From contig CBDFGR010000003.1 in NCBI GenBank assembly GCA_965247115.1, forward strand, positions 1,824,001 through 1,888,000: a stretch of DNA of 64,000 nucleotides, given 5' to 3'. This DNA comes from Myxococcota bacterium. GTDB taxonomy: Bacteria > Myxococcota_A > UBA9160 > SZUA-336. The position numbers were made by a program, and so were the translations under genes. The first letter of the stretch is position 1. Each line of letters starts with the position of its first letter. The notes under the pieces were generated by a model. That model made no database searches. It was not told where the DNA came from and was given only the letters and a program-made list of their open reading frames with translations. Positions 27,528-37,096 of the stretch are shown here, piece after piece.

Positions 27528-28274
27528 GTGGACAACCGACTCATTCTTGTAGCAGCTTGCCTGGCCTTCCTTCTGCCCGCGACGGGCGGCGGCCAGGAAG
27601 ACAAGGCCTGGGACCCCGCGATGGGCACCGCGACCATCACGGGGAGCGTCAAGTTCAACGGAAAGAAGCCGCGCACGCGGCCCATCGACATGGCTGGCGC
27701 AGACGAGAAGTGCGCGGAGCTTCACGGCGGCAAGAGGCTCCGGCCGGACACCGTCGTCTTGAACGAGAACGGAACGCTTCGGAACGTCTTCGTCTGGGTC
27801 AAGTCGGGCGCCGAGGGCTGGAGCTTTCCGATGCCCGATGGAGACGTTCTGCTGGACCAGAACGGCTGTACGTACGCCCCTCACGTGCAGGGCATGCGGA
27901 CGGGCCAGTCGCTGTCTGTCAAGACCAGCGATCCCACGGCGCACAACGTCCACGGCTACGCGAAGGTCAACCGCTCGTTCAATCGCTCCCAGCCAGCCGG
28001 TGCCGCCAATGTCTCCATCAGGATGAGACGGGATGAGGCGAGCCCCCCGATGAAAGTCAAGTGCGACATTCATCCCTGGATGAACGCGTACGTAGCCGTG
28101 GTGGACCATCCCTACTTTGCGGTGACCGGGGACGACGGCTCATTTACGCTGTCGAATCTCCCCCCAGGCACCTACACGATCGAGGTCTGGCACGAGAAGT
28201 ACGAGACGATGGAGCAGACCATCACCATCGGCGACAACGAGTCCCAGGCACTCGACTTCACTTACGAAGGCTGA
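27528..28274 (+). CDS. Exported cupredoxin-like/carboxypeptidase-regulatory-like domain protein
   Basis: Signal peptide, DQNGCTYAPHV, HNVH, VKCDIHPWM, HPYFAVT..DGSF.L.NLPPGTY.IEVWH. Confidence 0.82.
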   Translation: MDNRLILVAACLAFLLPATGGGQEDKAWDPAMGTATITGSVKFNGKKPRTRPIDMAGADEKCAELHGGKRLRPDTVVLNENGTLRNVFVWVKSGAEGWSFPMPDGDVLLDQNGCTYAPHVQGMRTGQSLSVKTSDPTAHNVHGYAKVNRSFNRSQPAGAANVSIRMRRDEASPPMKVKCDIHPWMNAYVAVVDHPYFAVTGDDGSFTLSNLPPGTYTIEVWHEKYETMEQTITIGDNESQALDFTYEG

Positions 28275-28287
28275 CAGGGGGAACCCA

Positions 28288-29049
28288 ATGGACCAACCGG
28301 AATACGGCTGGTGGCTGCCACCGGACGTCTCCGTCCACGGCGCCGACGTCGATCTTCTCATGAACATGATCCACTGGTTCATGCTGGCGCTGTTCGTCGG
28401 TTGGAGCCTGTTCATCGTGTACTGCCTCGTGCGCTTCCGCCAGCGCACTGGCCACGTCGCCATCTATGAACCGATCAAGGCGAAGCTCTCCAAGTGGCTC
28501 GAGGTGGGAGTGGCCGTGGCGGAGTTCGTCGTCCTGATCGGGCTCGCTGTACCCGTATGGGCGCAGCTCAAGACCATCACACCCGTGACCCCTGAGAACC
28601 CGCTGGTCGTGCGCGTGGTGGCGGAGCAGTTCAAATGGCTGTTCCACTACCCTGGGCGGGACGGCCTGTTCGGGGCCACGGGCGTAGAGCACTACAGCGA
28701 TGACAACCCCGCCGGACTGGACTATGACGACGAGGACGGGATCGATGACATCACGGTGCGAGGCTTCCACTTTCCGGTGGGGCGGCCGGTGATCGCGCGC
28801 CTGACTGCCAAGGACACGATCCACAGCTTCAAGATGCCGGTCATGCGGATCACACAGGACGCGGTCCCCGGCATCGAGATCCCCGTCTGGTTCGAGGCGA
28901 AGGACACGGGCAGGTTTCAGCTGGGGTGCGCGCAGCTGTGCGGCCTCGGTCACTACGAGATGAAGGCAGATCTCGTCATCGAGTCACCCGAGGACTTCCA
29001 GAAGTGGCTGGATGAGGAGCACGCATACCTGGGGTTGGACGATGAGTGA
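28288..29049 (+). CDS. coxB: Cytochrome c oxidase subunit II (CuA), operon 1
   Basis: Two TM, EQFKW, DTIHSF, DAVPG, CAQLCGLGHYEM. Confidence 0.95.
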   Translation: MDQPEYGWWLPPDVSVHGADVDLLMNMIHWFMLALFVGWSLFIVYCLVRFRQRTGHVAIYEPIKAKLSKWLEVGVAVAEFVVLIGLAVPVWAQLKTITPVTPENPLVVRVVAEQFKWLFHYPGRDGLFGATGVEHYSDDNPAGLDYDDEDGIDDITVRGFHFPVGRPVIARLTAKDTIHSFKMPVMRITQDAVPGIEIPVWFEAKDTGRFQLGCAQLCGLGHYEMKADLVIESPEDFQKWLDEEHAYLGLDDE

Positions 29050-30766
29050 TACGCACTCCGAGCTGGGTTTCTGGAGCAAGTACGTCTTCTCCACGGACCA
29101 CAAGACGATCGGGATCCAGTACGGGCTGACCTCGCTGGTCTTCCTGTTCTTTGGCTTCTGCCTGATGATGATGATGCGCTGGCAGCTGGCCTATCCGGGT
29201 GAGGCGATCCCGGTCATCGGTGCGATGCTCAGCGATTCCCTGGTAGATGACGGCGCCATGCTGCCCGACTTCTACAACCAGCTCGGCGCCATGCACGGCA
29301 CCATCATGGTCTTCATGGGGATCGTGCCGCTCGCGGTCGGAGCGTTCGGCAACTACGTCGTTCCCCTGCAGATCGGCGCGCCGGACATGGCCTTCCCGCG
29401 CCTGAACATGATGAGCTACCAGGCGTTCGTCATCGGCGGCATCGTGATGCTGGCGAGCTTCTTTCTGCCGGGCGGCGCGGCGAGCTCGGGCTGGACCTCG
29501 TACGCTCCGCTCTCGGTCATCGCGACCATGGGGCAGACGGCCTGGCTGGTCGGCATGATCTTCCTGATCGCGTCCTCGCTCCTGGGGGCGATCAACTTCA
29601 TCACCACGATTGTCCACCTGCGGGCGGAGGGCCTTACGTTCTTCCGCCTGCCTTTCTTCGTCTGGTCTCAGCTGGTGACTGCGTTCCTGCTGCTGCTGGC
29701 GTTCCCGCCGCTCCAGGCCGCGGCCGTCTTCCAGCTGATGGACCGCCTGGCCGATACGAGCTTCTTCATGCCGAGCGGGCTCGTGGTGGGCGGCGAGCTG
29801 GCCGTCAATGCCGGCGGCGGCAGCCCCCTGCTCTGGCAGCACCTGTTCTGGTTCCTGGCCCATCCCGAGGTGTACGTCCTGATCCTGCCCGGCATGGGAA
29901 TCGTGGCCGAGGTGATCGCCAACAACACCCGCAAGCCCCTGTGGGGCTACCGCACCATGGTGTACTCGCTGCTGATTCTGGGATTCCTGTCCTTCACTGT
30001 GTGGGCGCACCATATGTACCTGACGGGCATGGGAACCACGATGTCGAGCTTCTTCCAGACCACCACCATGATCATCTCGATCCCGTCGGTGATCATCCTG
30101 TCCTGCCTTGTGCTCAGCTTGTGGGGTGCTTCAATCCGGTTCCCCGTTTCCATGCTGTTCGCGGTGGCCTTCCTGCCCATGTTCGGCATCGGCGGGCTCA
30201 CGGGGCTGCCCCTGGGGCTGGCGGTCCCGGACGTCTACCTGCACGACTCCTACTACGTGATCGGGCACTTCCACTACGTGGTCGCCCCCGGCACGATCTT
30301 CGCAATGTTCGCGGGCATCTATCACTGGTACCCGAAGATCACCGGCCGCTCGTTGAACGAGGCGCTCGGAAAGGCGCACTTCTGGCTGTCGCTCGTCTTC
30401 ATCAACGGAGTATTCATGCCCATGATGTTCGAGGGCATGGCGGGGGTGAGTCGGCGCCTCTTCGATCCCACCATCTACGACGTCGGAGCAGGAGCTCACG
30501 GCCTGACCATGATCACTTCCTGGTCGGCTTGGCTGCTCGCACTGTCGCAGCTCCCGTTCATCTACAACTTCTTCGCGAGCATGCGCAAGAAGGAGCGGGC
30601 TAGCCAGAATCCCTGGCAGGCGACCACGCTCGAGTGGGCGGCACCATCTCCGCCGCCGCACGGCAACTTCACGGAGCCGCTGGTCGTGGTTGCGGGACCC
30701 TACGAGTACAGCGTACCGGGAGCTCCGAACGACTTCTCACCGCAGTACGCGACGCGAGGGGGCTGA
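29042..30766 (+). CDS. coxA: Heme-copper oxidase subunit I, A1-type, operon 1
   Basis: [41 protein letters not shown]. Confidence 0.96.
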   Translation: MSDTHSELGFWSKYVFSTDHKTIGIQYGLTSLVFLFFGFCLMMMMRWQLAYPGEAIPVIGAMLSDSLVDDGAMLPDFYNQLGAMHGTIMVFMGIVPLAVGAFGNYVVPLQIGAPDMAFPRLNMMSYQAFVIGGIVMLASFFLPGGAASSGWTSYAPLSVIATMGQTAWLVGMIFLIASSLLGAINFITTIVHLRAEGLTFFRLPFFVWSQLVTAFLLLLAFPPLQAAAVFQLMDRLADTSFFMPSGLVVGGELAVNAGGGSPLLWQHLFWFLAHPEVYVLILPGMGIVAEVIANNTRKPLWGYRTMVYSLLILGFLSFTVWAHHMYLTGMGTTMSSFFQTTTMIISIPSVIILSCLVLSLWGASIRFPVSMLFAVAFLPMFGIGGLTGLPLGLAVPDVYLHDSYYVIGHFHYVVAPGTIFAMFAGIYHWYPKITGRSLNEALGKAHFWLSLVFINGVFMPMMFEGMAGVSRRLFDPTIYDVGAGAHGLTMITSWSAWLLALSQLPFIYNFFASMRKKERASQNPWQATTLEWAAPSPPPHGNFTEPLVVVAGPYEYSVPGAPNDFSPQYATRGG

Positions 30767-30770
30767 AGCA

Positions 30771-31400
30771 GTGGAAGTAGTCATTCCCTACCGCACCGAG
30801 CCGCATCCGATCACGGGCGTCACCAGCGGGAAGCTCGGCGTCTGGCTGTTCCTCGCGTCCGAGGTCATGCTCTTCGGGGCGCTCTTCTCGTCGTACGTGC
30901 TGCTCCGGGTCGGCTCGTTGCCCGAGTTCTGGCCGACGGGCGTCGACGCCGGTCTGAACGTGCCGATCGGCACGTTCAATACAATGGTGCTGATCACCTC
31001 GAGCATCACGATGGTCATGTCGTGGGCCTCGCTCAAGATGAACCAGCTTGGCGCCTTCAAGGCCTACTTCGGCGCCACGATCGGGCTCGGCCTGGTCTTC
31101 CTCATCGTCAAGGGCTTCGAGTACGGCGACAAGTTCGGCCACCACATCTTCCCCGCCACCGGCTGGCCGGATGCTGCCAGCCCGTCCACGTTCTACGCCA
31201 TCTACTTCACGCTGACCGGACTGCACGGCCTGCACGTGCTGTTGGGCATCCTCGTCAATCTGTGGCTGCTGATCTGGGGGACCAGGTTGTGGCAGACCGA
31301 CCGAGAGCGCTTCGCCGGCAGGATCGAGATCGCCGGACTCTACTGGCACTTCGTGGATCTGGTCTGGATCTTCCTCTTCCCCGTGCTCTACCTTCTATAG
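30771..31400 (+). CDS. coxC: Cytochrome c oxidase subunit III, operon 1
   Basis: [37 protein letters not shown]. Confidence 0.94.
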   Translation: MEVVIPYRTEPHPITGVTSGKLGVWLFLASEVMLFGALFSSYVLLRVGSLPEFWPTGVDAGLNVPIGTFNTMVLITSSITMVMSWASLKMNQLGAFKAYFGATIGLGLVFLIVKGFEYGDKFGHHIFPATGWPDAASPSTFYAIYFTLTGLHGLHVLLGILVNLWLLIWGTRLWQTDRERFAGRIEIAGLYWHFVDLVWIFLFPVLYLL

Positions 31401-31409
31401 GGAACCATC

Positions 31410-31724
31410 ATGAGCGAATCAGCAGAAGACATTCGAGAGCACGTCCGAGTCTACGTGATGGTATTCGTGGCCCTGGCCTGCTTGACGGTGGTCACGGTTG
31501 CGATCTCGTACATCGGCATGCCGACGGCTCTCGCGATCTGTATGGCCATGGTCGTGGCCAGCGTGAAGGCGGGCCTGGTGGCCGGATTTTTCATGCACCT
31601 GATAACAGAGCAGAGGGTAATCATCTGGCTCCTCGTGCTCTCTGCGGCCTTCCTCGTCTTCCTGGTGTTCCTTCCCCTTTGGACGGAGTCCGGGATTGCC
31701 CCGTTGTGGCCGCTCACGGGCTGA
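31410..31724 (+). CDS. Cytochrome c oxidase subunit IV family, operon 1
   Basis: Y..VF..L..LTVVTV, ASVKAGLVAGFFMHL. Confidence 0.9.
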   Translation: MSESAEDIREHVRVYVMVFVALACLTVVTVAISYIGMPTALAICMAMVVASVKAGLVAGFFMHLITEQRVIIWLLVLSAAFLVFLVFLPLWTESGIAPLWPLTG

Positions 31725-31742
31725 CAGCGGTGAGAGCGATCG

Positions 31743-31949
31743 ATGTCGCTAAAAGCGTTTCACATCTTCTTCATCGTCGTGTCGATTCTGCTGGCTGTTG
31801 CTTTCGGGTTCTGGGCCGTCGACGACTTCGGCCGTTCCGCGAGCCGAGTTCACCTGGCCCTAGGAGTGGGCTCTTTCATCGCGAGCGGCGTGCTCGTTGT
31901 GTACGGCGTCTGGTTTCTGCGCAAGCTGAAGCACGTGGGGTACCTATGA
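31743..31949 (+). CDS. Small two-TM membrane protein in oxidase operon
   Basis: MSLKAFHIFFI.., two hydrophobic helices; ATGA overlap with next gene. Confidence 0.8.
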   Translation: MSLKAFHIFFIVVSILLAVAFGFWAVDDFGRSASRVHLALGVGSFIASGVLVVYGVWFLRKLKHVGYL

Positions 31950-32254
31950 TCCGGAAGCGTCTGGCCAGCATGGCGTTGGCCATCCCGATAGGCCTGGCCG
32001 TGGTACTCCTTGCGAACCCTGCCGGGGCTTGCGCTGTCTGTGTCGGGGGCGACCCGAGCGCCGAGCTGAACCAGGGGCTCGATGCTGGCGTGATCGTCCT
32101 GCTGGGCGTGATTGGCGTCGTCCTCTTGGGATTCGCCTCGTTGTTTCTCTTCTGGATGCGAAGGGCTGCCGTCCTGGAGGCCCAGGTCGCGCAGGTCGAT
32201 CGAGCACTACAGAAGGACACGAGCTCGCCACGAGCCTCGCTGTCGACCACGTAG
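31946..32254 (+). CDS. Small membrane protein with exported ACAVC (CxxC) motif
   Basis: Signal-like helix, AGACAVCVGG, second TM; paralogous pattern at 38620. Confidence 0.78.
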   Translation: MIRKRLASMALAIPIGLAVVLLANPAGACAVCVGGDPSAELNQGLDAGVIVLLGVIGVVLLGFASLFLFWMRRAAVLEAQVAQVDRALQKDTSSPRASLSTT

Positions 32255-32263
32255 GTTGCGCGA

Positions 32264-33730
32264 TTAGGCGAGACGCGCGGCCTGCTTGATCCTCTCCCAG
32301 GCGTCCTCGCGGTGTGAGACCACGAAGAAGAACGCCATCGAAGCTGCGGCCAGCAGGTTCGCAACGCCCACCCGGACAATCCCCAGTTTCGCGATCACGC
32401 CGGGCATCACCAGCGAGCCCACGAGTAAGAAGACGGCTTCGAGGATCGCGAAGAGCACGACGAGCACCGCCGCGGGGTGTCGCGAGTGCAGCTCTATCTC
32501 GTGGACCAGCCACGTAACCACCGTTCCCACCACAGCGCACGCGCCGAAGTGCACGATGCTGAAGTAGGCGACGGCGCCGAGGTGCACCTCCGTGACCTCC
32601 TCTGCCGGGACGCCTAGGAAGAGCACGCTGCCCATGAGCGACGGCGTGAAGAGCGACTGCCCGTCCAGCACGTCGGCGGCCAGGAAGAAGAGGGCCACCG
32701 TGGAGCCGCCGATCGCGCCAGCGTAAAACGAGTCGAACAGGAAGTCGGCTAGGTTGTGCTTGAGACTGTCCTTCGCCGCCGAGCCATGGGCGAGCATGAA
32801 GAAGAGAGCCATTGAACCTGCCGCAAGCAGGTTCGCGATCCCGACCCGGGCGATTCCGAGCCTCGCGATCACGCCGGGCATCGCCAGCGGGGCCATGGCG
32901 AAGAAGCCTACTTCGATGATCGCAAAAAGAACGACGAGCACCTGGATGGGATGCCGCGAGTGCAGCTCGACCTCGTGAACCACCAGCGAGAGCCCCGCTC
33001 CAAGCGCAGCGAAGGCGGCAATGTGCACCACGCTGAAGTAAGCGACCGCGCCGAGGTGCACCTCCGTCACCTCTTCTGCCGCGGCACCGAGGAAGAGCAC
33101 GCTGCCCATGAGCGACGGTGTGAAGAGCGGCTGCCCGTCCAGGAGGTCAGCTACGAGGAAGAACGCCGCAACCGCTGAGCCGCCGAGCACACTCAGGCTG
33201 AGGGAGTCGAGAATGAGCTCGCGCGTGGTGCGCTTGAGCTTGTTCCAGGCCTCTGTGCGGTGGGAAAGCATGAAGAAGAGCGCCATCGTCCCGGCTGCCA
33301 GCAGGTTTGCGGCGGCGACCCGCGCCATTCCCAGGCGCGCGATCACCCCGGGCATCGCCAGGGGGGCCACCACGAAGAACGCCGCTTCGATCACCGCGAA
33401 GAGCACCACCAACACCACCACGGGATGGCGCGAGCGCAGCTCTACCTCGCGGACCAGCAAGGAGATTGCTCCACCAAGCGCGGTGAACGCGGCGATGTGC
33501 ACAATGCTGAAGTAGGCGACCGTGTCGAGCCGCACCTTCGCCACATCTTCTGCGGCAACGCCGTGGAACATCACGCTGCCTATCAGCGATGGCGTGAAGA
33601 ACGGCTGCGCGTCCAGGAGGTCGGCGATCAGGAAGAACAGGGCCACCGCCGAGCCACCGAGCACACCCACGTAGAGAGATTCGAAGAGGAACTCACCGCG
33701 GGTGGCGGGGATCGGGGCTCTGTCAGCCAT
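32264..33730 (-). CDS. Integral membrane protein made of three tandem 158-aa repeats
   Basis: AAGGAGG RBS before ATG 33730; 474-bp periodicity; each unit has GGS.VA.FFL.AD..D.Q..FTPSL.GS and YFS.VH. Confidence 0.85.
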   Translation of the reverse strand: MADRAPIPATRGEFLFESLYVGVLGGSAVALFFLIADLLDAQPFFTPSLIGSVMFHGVAAEDVAKVRLDTVAYFSIVHIAAFTALGGAISLLVREVELRSRHPVVVLVVLFAVIEAAFFVVAPLAMPGVIARLGMARVAAANLLAAGTMALFFMLSHRTEAWNKLKRTTRELILDSLSLSVLGGSAVAAFFLVADLLDGQPLFTPSLMGSVLFLGAAAEEVTEVHLGAVAYFSVVHIAAFAALGAGLSLVVHEVELHSRHPIQVLVVLFAIIEVGFFAMAPLAMPGVIARLGIARVGIANLLAAGSMALFFMLAHGSAAKDSLKHNLADFLFDSFYAGAIGGSTVALFFLAADVLDGQSLFTPSLMGSVLFLGVPAEEVTEVHLGAVAYFSIVHFGACAVVGTVVTWLVHEIELHSRHPAAVLVVLFAILEAVFLLVGSLVMPGVIAKLGIVRVGVANLLAAASMAFFFVVSHREDAWERIKQAARLA

Positions 33731-33891
33731 GACGATCCTCCTTGCCCTGCCAGAGGTTACGTCCAACCTACAGCGCGCCCTGCGTCGGGTCAACCGCGAG
33801 AGTACCTGGTTCGGGCGCTCTCGCGTCGGAGCTAACTGCTTGACATCCCATCGGAATCAGCTATGTGACGACCACCTCGCGCGTGGGAGCG

Positions 33892-34530
33892 ATGGCATTG
33901 CGTAAGAGTCTGCTCGGCTTCATCCTGATCCTTGCCGCCCTCGCGTTCGCGAAAGGTTCAGCGCGTGCGCAGGGCACGGCCCGAGGCGAGACGCTCTTCG
34001 AAATCTGCGCTACCTGCCACGGCGAGTACGGAGAGGGCATCCGGCTGTTCGCCGCACCTGCAATCGCGGGCATGGGCCAGTGGTACATCCAGGCACAGCT
34101 GGAGAAGTTCAGGACGGGCGCGCGCGGTGCGCATCCCGACGACGTCGAGGGGCTGCGCATGCGCCCGATGTCGCGAACCCTGCGGACCGAGGAGGACGTG
34201 GCGGAGGTCGCCGCGTACGTGGCGAGCCTCAGCGCCGTCTCGCTTCCGCGCTCTCTCGAGGGCGACCCCCAGAAGGGCAAGGTCCTCTACACCACATGTG
34301 CGACCTGCCATGGTGCGAACGGCGAGGGCAACCGGCAGCTCTTCGGTCCCTCGGTGAACCGCACCAGCGACTGGTACCTGCTCGAACAGCTCAAGAAATA
34401 CAAGTCTGGCGTGAGGGGCGGGAACCCCAAGGACACGACGGGCATCATGATGCGACCAATGGCCCTGGTGCTGCCCGACGAGCAGGCGATGCAGGACGTC
34501 GTCGCCTACATGATGACCCTCGCCGACTAG
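33892..34530 (+). CDS. Diheme cytochrome c4-like protein
   Basis: Signal peptide, two CATCH, YIQAQLEKF/YLLEQLKKY, MRPM twice. Confidence 0.92.
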   Translation: MALRKSLLGFILILAALAFAKGSARAQGTARGETLFEICATCHGEYGEGIRLFAAPAIAGMGQWYIQAQLEKFRTGARGAHPDDVEGLRMRPMSRTLRTEEDVAEVAAYVASLSAVSLPRSLEGDPQKGKVLYTTCATCHGANGEGNRQLFGPSVNRTSDWYLLEQLKKYKSGVRGGNPKDTTGIMMRPMALVLPDEQAMQDVVAYMMTLAD

Positions 34531-34542
34531 GATTCGAGTCAG

Positions 34543-34647
34543 ATGGCAAAGGAATACTCGGCGGATCAGATGGCAATCAGGTGGTTCATCGTCACGATCT
34601 TCGGAGCGGCCCTGTACATCGGGGCCGTGTTCTTCTTCGTGCTCTAG
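34543..34647 (+). CDS. 34-aa single-TM small protein (not in ORF track)
   Basis: MAKEYSADQMAIRWFIVTIFGAALYIGAVFFFVL*; fills the gap between cytochrome c4 and coxB; GC-rich third positions. Confidence 0.72.
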   Translation: MAKEYSADQMAIRWFIVTIFGAALYIGAVFFFVL

Positions 34648-34657
34648 GTGAGGCGAG

Positions 34658-35350
34658 ATGATTGAGCGCTACGTCGAAGCAGCCTCTACATATGCCAGCG
34701 ACATCGACGACCTCGTCCTGCTCATCACTGTCCTCGTTGGCTTCTGGTTCCTCGTCTGCGAACTCCTCTTCTTTGGGTTGATCTTCCGCTTCCGAGCCAG
34801 GGAGGGAAGGCGAACCGAGTACGTGACCGGTGAGGAGAAGGAGCTCAAGCGCTGGATCACGATCCCCCACGCACTCGTTCTGATATGCGATGTCTTCATC
34901 ATCATCGCCGCGCTGCGGGTCTGGTACGAGGTCAAGCAGGCATTGCCGCCAGCTGACGAGACCGTGCGCGTGATCGCGCAGCAATGGGCGTGGACCTTCG
35001 TCCACCCGGGCCCCGACCGAGAGCTCGGTACAGCGGACGACATCGCAACGATCGACGAGCTCCACGTCAAGACGAACACGACCTATCACTACAAGCTCGA
35101 GGCTCGAGACGTGGTGCACAGCTTCTCCGTCCCGGTCTTCCGGCTCAAACAAGATGCCGTTCCAGGGCGGATCATCACTGGCTGGTTCGAGGCGACGAAG
35201 ACGGGCAGCTTTGACATCCAGTGCGCGGAGATTTGCGGGATCGGACACGCCCTCATGGGTGCTCGTATCTTCATCGAGACGCCCGAGCAACACGCGGCCT
35301 GGATGGAGGGACGACCCCTCGCGACTGTCGCCGCCCTGGCGGACAGGTAG
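34658..35350 (+). CDS. coxB: Cytochrome c oxidase subunit II (CuA), operon 2
   Basis: AQQWAW, DVVHSF, KQDAVPG, CAEICGIGHALM. Confidence 0.95.
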   Translation: MIERYVEAASTYASDIDDLVLLITVLVGFWFLVCELLFFGLIFRFRAREGRRTEYVTGEEKELKRWITIPHALVLICDVFIIIAALRVWYEVKQALPPADETVRVIAQQWAWTFVHPGPDRELGTADDIATIDELHVKTNTTYHYKLEARDVVHSFSVPVFRLKQDAVPGRIITGWFEATKTGSFDIQCAEICGIGHALMGARIFIETPEQHAAWMEGRPLATVAALADR

Positions 35351-35371
35351 CGGGAGACCAGAAGGGGCGGC

Positions 35372-37075
35372 ATGACCGAGTCAGCTGACACTTCGACGGT
35401 CGCACACGAAACTCAGCACGAAGAGCTCGGCTTCGCGAGGACGTACATCTTCCCCACCGATCACAAGATGATCGGCATGCAGTACCTGTTCACCGGCATG
35501 ATCATGGCGCTGATTGGCGGCTTCATGTCCTACGTGTTTCGCATGCAGCTCGCCTTCCCTGGCATGGAGGTTCCGCTCTACGGGAACGTCACCGCGGCCA
35601 CCTACAACTTCCTGGTGACGAACCACGGCACCATCATGATCTTCTGGGTGGCCATGCCGGTGCTCCTGGCCTTCTTTGGGAATTTCTTGATCCCGCTGAT
35701 GATCGGCTGTGACGACATGGTGTTCCCGCGCATCAACCGGCTGTCCTACCAGGTCTTCTTCGTCAGTACGGTCGTTCTCATCACCTCCTTCTTTGTGCCG
35801 GGTGGTGGCTTCGGAGGCGGCTGGACGGCCTACCCACCTCTCTCTGCGCAGGCTGAGTACAGCCACACGCCGCTGGGATCCACGCTGTGGCTCGTAGCGG
35901 TCGCGTTGGAGTTTGTGGCCTTCCTGCTCGGCGGCATCAACTTCGTGACGACGGCCATGAACTCGCGCGCACCGGGGATGAAGTTCACGGATATTCCCAT
36001 GGTGGTCTGGACGATCGTGATCGGCAGCGTCCTCTTCATGGCGTCGATCGGCCCGCTGATCGCGGGCGCGATCATGTTGTTCATGGACCAGAATATCGGA
36101 ACGGGTTTCTACGACCCGACGGGCGTCGGCGATCCTTTGCTCTGGCAGCACCTGTTCTGGTTCTTCGGGCATCCCGAAGTGTATGTCGTCCTGCTCCCGG
36201 CCCTTGGCATCACGGCGGAGGTAATGTGCGTGTTTGCGCGCAAGAAGCTCTTTGCCTACCGCGTGGTTCTCCTCACCCTCTTTGGTACGGCTATCCTGAG
36301 CTTCTTCGTCTGGGCGCATCACCAGTTCATAGCGGGCATCGACCCGCGCATGGCCAATATCTTTACCGTCACCACGGTGCTGATCTCCATCCCGCTCGCC
36401 GAGCTCTGCTTCGTCTACATTGCGACCCTCTACGGCGGGTCGATCACCCTCACGACCCCCATGCTGTGGGCGCTGGCTTTCATTGCGGAATTCCTGATTG
36501 GGGGGGTGACCGGCATCTACCTCGGCGCGAGCGGCACCGACATCTACTTCCACGACACCTACTTCGTGCTTGCCCACTTCCACTACACGTTCTTCCCGAT
36601 CGCGATCATCGGTGTCTTTGCCGGGATTACGTTCTGGTACCCCAAGATGTTCGGCCGGATGATGAACGACCTGGTGGGCAGGATTCACTTCTGGGGCACG
36701 ATCATCCCCTTCAACTTCATCTTCATTCCCCTCTTTGTCCTGGGCGCCGCGGGCCAGCACCGGCGGATCTACGACTACACGCACTTCCCGGACCTGGCGA
36801 CTCCCGCGTTTCAGGACATGCGAGTGTTCGCCACGCTGTCGCTGGTCGTGATGCTGTTCTTCCAGGGCGTGTTCCTGCTGAACTTCTTCGTCAGCTTGTG
36901 GAGAGGTGCGCCGGCCCCGCGGAACCCCTGGAGGTCGAATACGCTCGAGTGGACAGCTCCTTCGCCGCCGCCGCACGGGAACTTCGCGGAGCTCCCGAAC
37001 GTCTATCGCGGACCGTACGAGTACGGCGTCCCCGGTCGCGAGGATGACTACTTTCCGCAAGACGTTCCGGCTTGA
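35372..37075 (+). CDS. coxA: Heme-copper oxidase subunit I, A1-type, operon 2
   Basis: TDHKMIG, NHGT, DDMVFPRIN, FWFFGHPEVY, WAHH, HFHY, HRR. Confidence 0.96.
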   Translation: MTESADTSTVAHETQHEELGFARTYIFPTDHKMIGMQYLFTGMIMALIGGFMSYVFRMQLAFPGMEVPLYGNVTAATYNFLVTNHGTIMIFWVAMPVLLAFFGNFLIPLMIGCDDMVFPRINRLSYQVFFVSTVVLITSFFVPGGGFGGGWTAYPPLSAQAEYSHTPLGSTLWLVAVALEFVAFLLGGINFVTTAMNSRAPGMKFTDIPMVVWTIVIGSVLFMASIGPLIAGAIMLFMDQNIGTGFYDPTGVGDPLLWQHLFWFFGHPEVYVVLLPALGITAEVMCVFARKKLFAYRVVLLTLFGTAILSFFVWAHHQFIAGIDPRMANIFTVTTVLISIPLAELCFVYIATLYGGSITLTTPMLWALAFIAEFLIGGVTGIYLGASGTDIYFHDTYFVLAHFHYTFFPIAIIGVFAGITFWYPKMFGRMMNDLVGRIHFWGTIIPFNFIFIPLFVLGAAGQHRRIYDYTHFPDLATPAFQDMRVFATLSLVVMLFFQGVFLLNFFVSLWRGAPAPRNPWRSNTLEWTAPSPPPHGNFAELPNVYRGPYEYGVPGREDDYFPQDVPA

Positions 37076-37096
37076 TGCGCAGGTGCCGATGAGAGA

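Noticed and set aside
33840..33867. TTGACA-N16-TATGTG promoter for cox operon 2
   Set aside because: Plausible, but the -10 match is weak; not supportable without TSS data
29042..37075. coxA paralogues as nitric oxide reductases
   Set aside because: Both retain HPEVY with the cross-linking Tyr, CuA subunit II and D-channel residues typical of A-family O2 reductases
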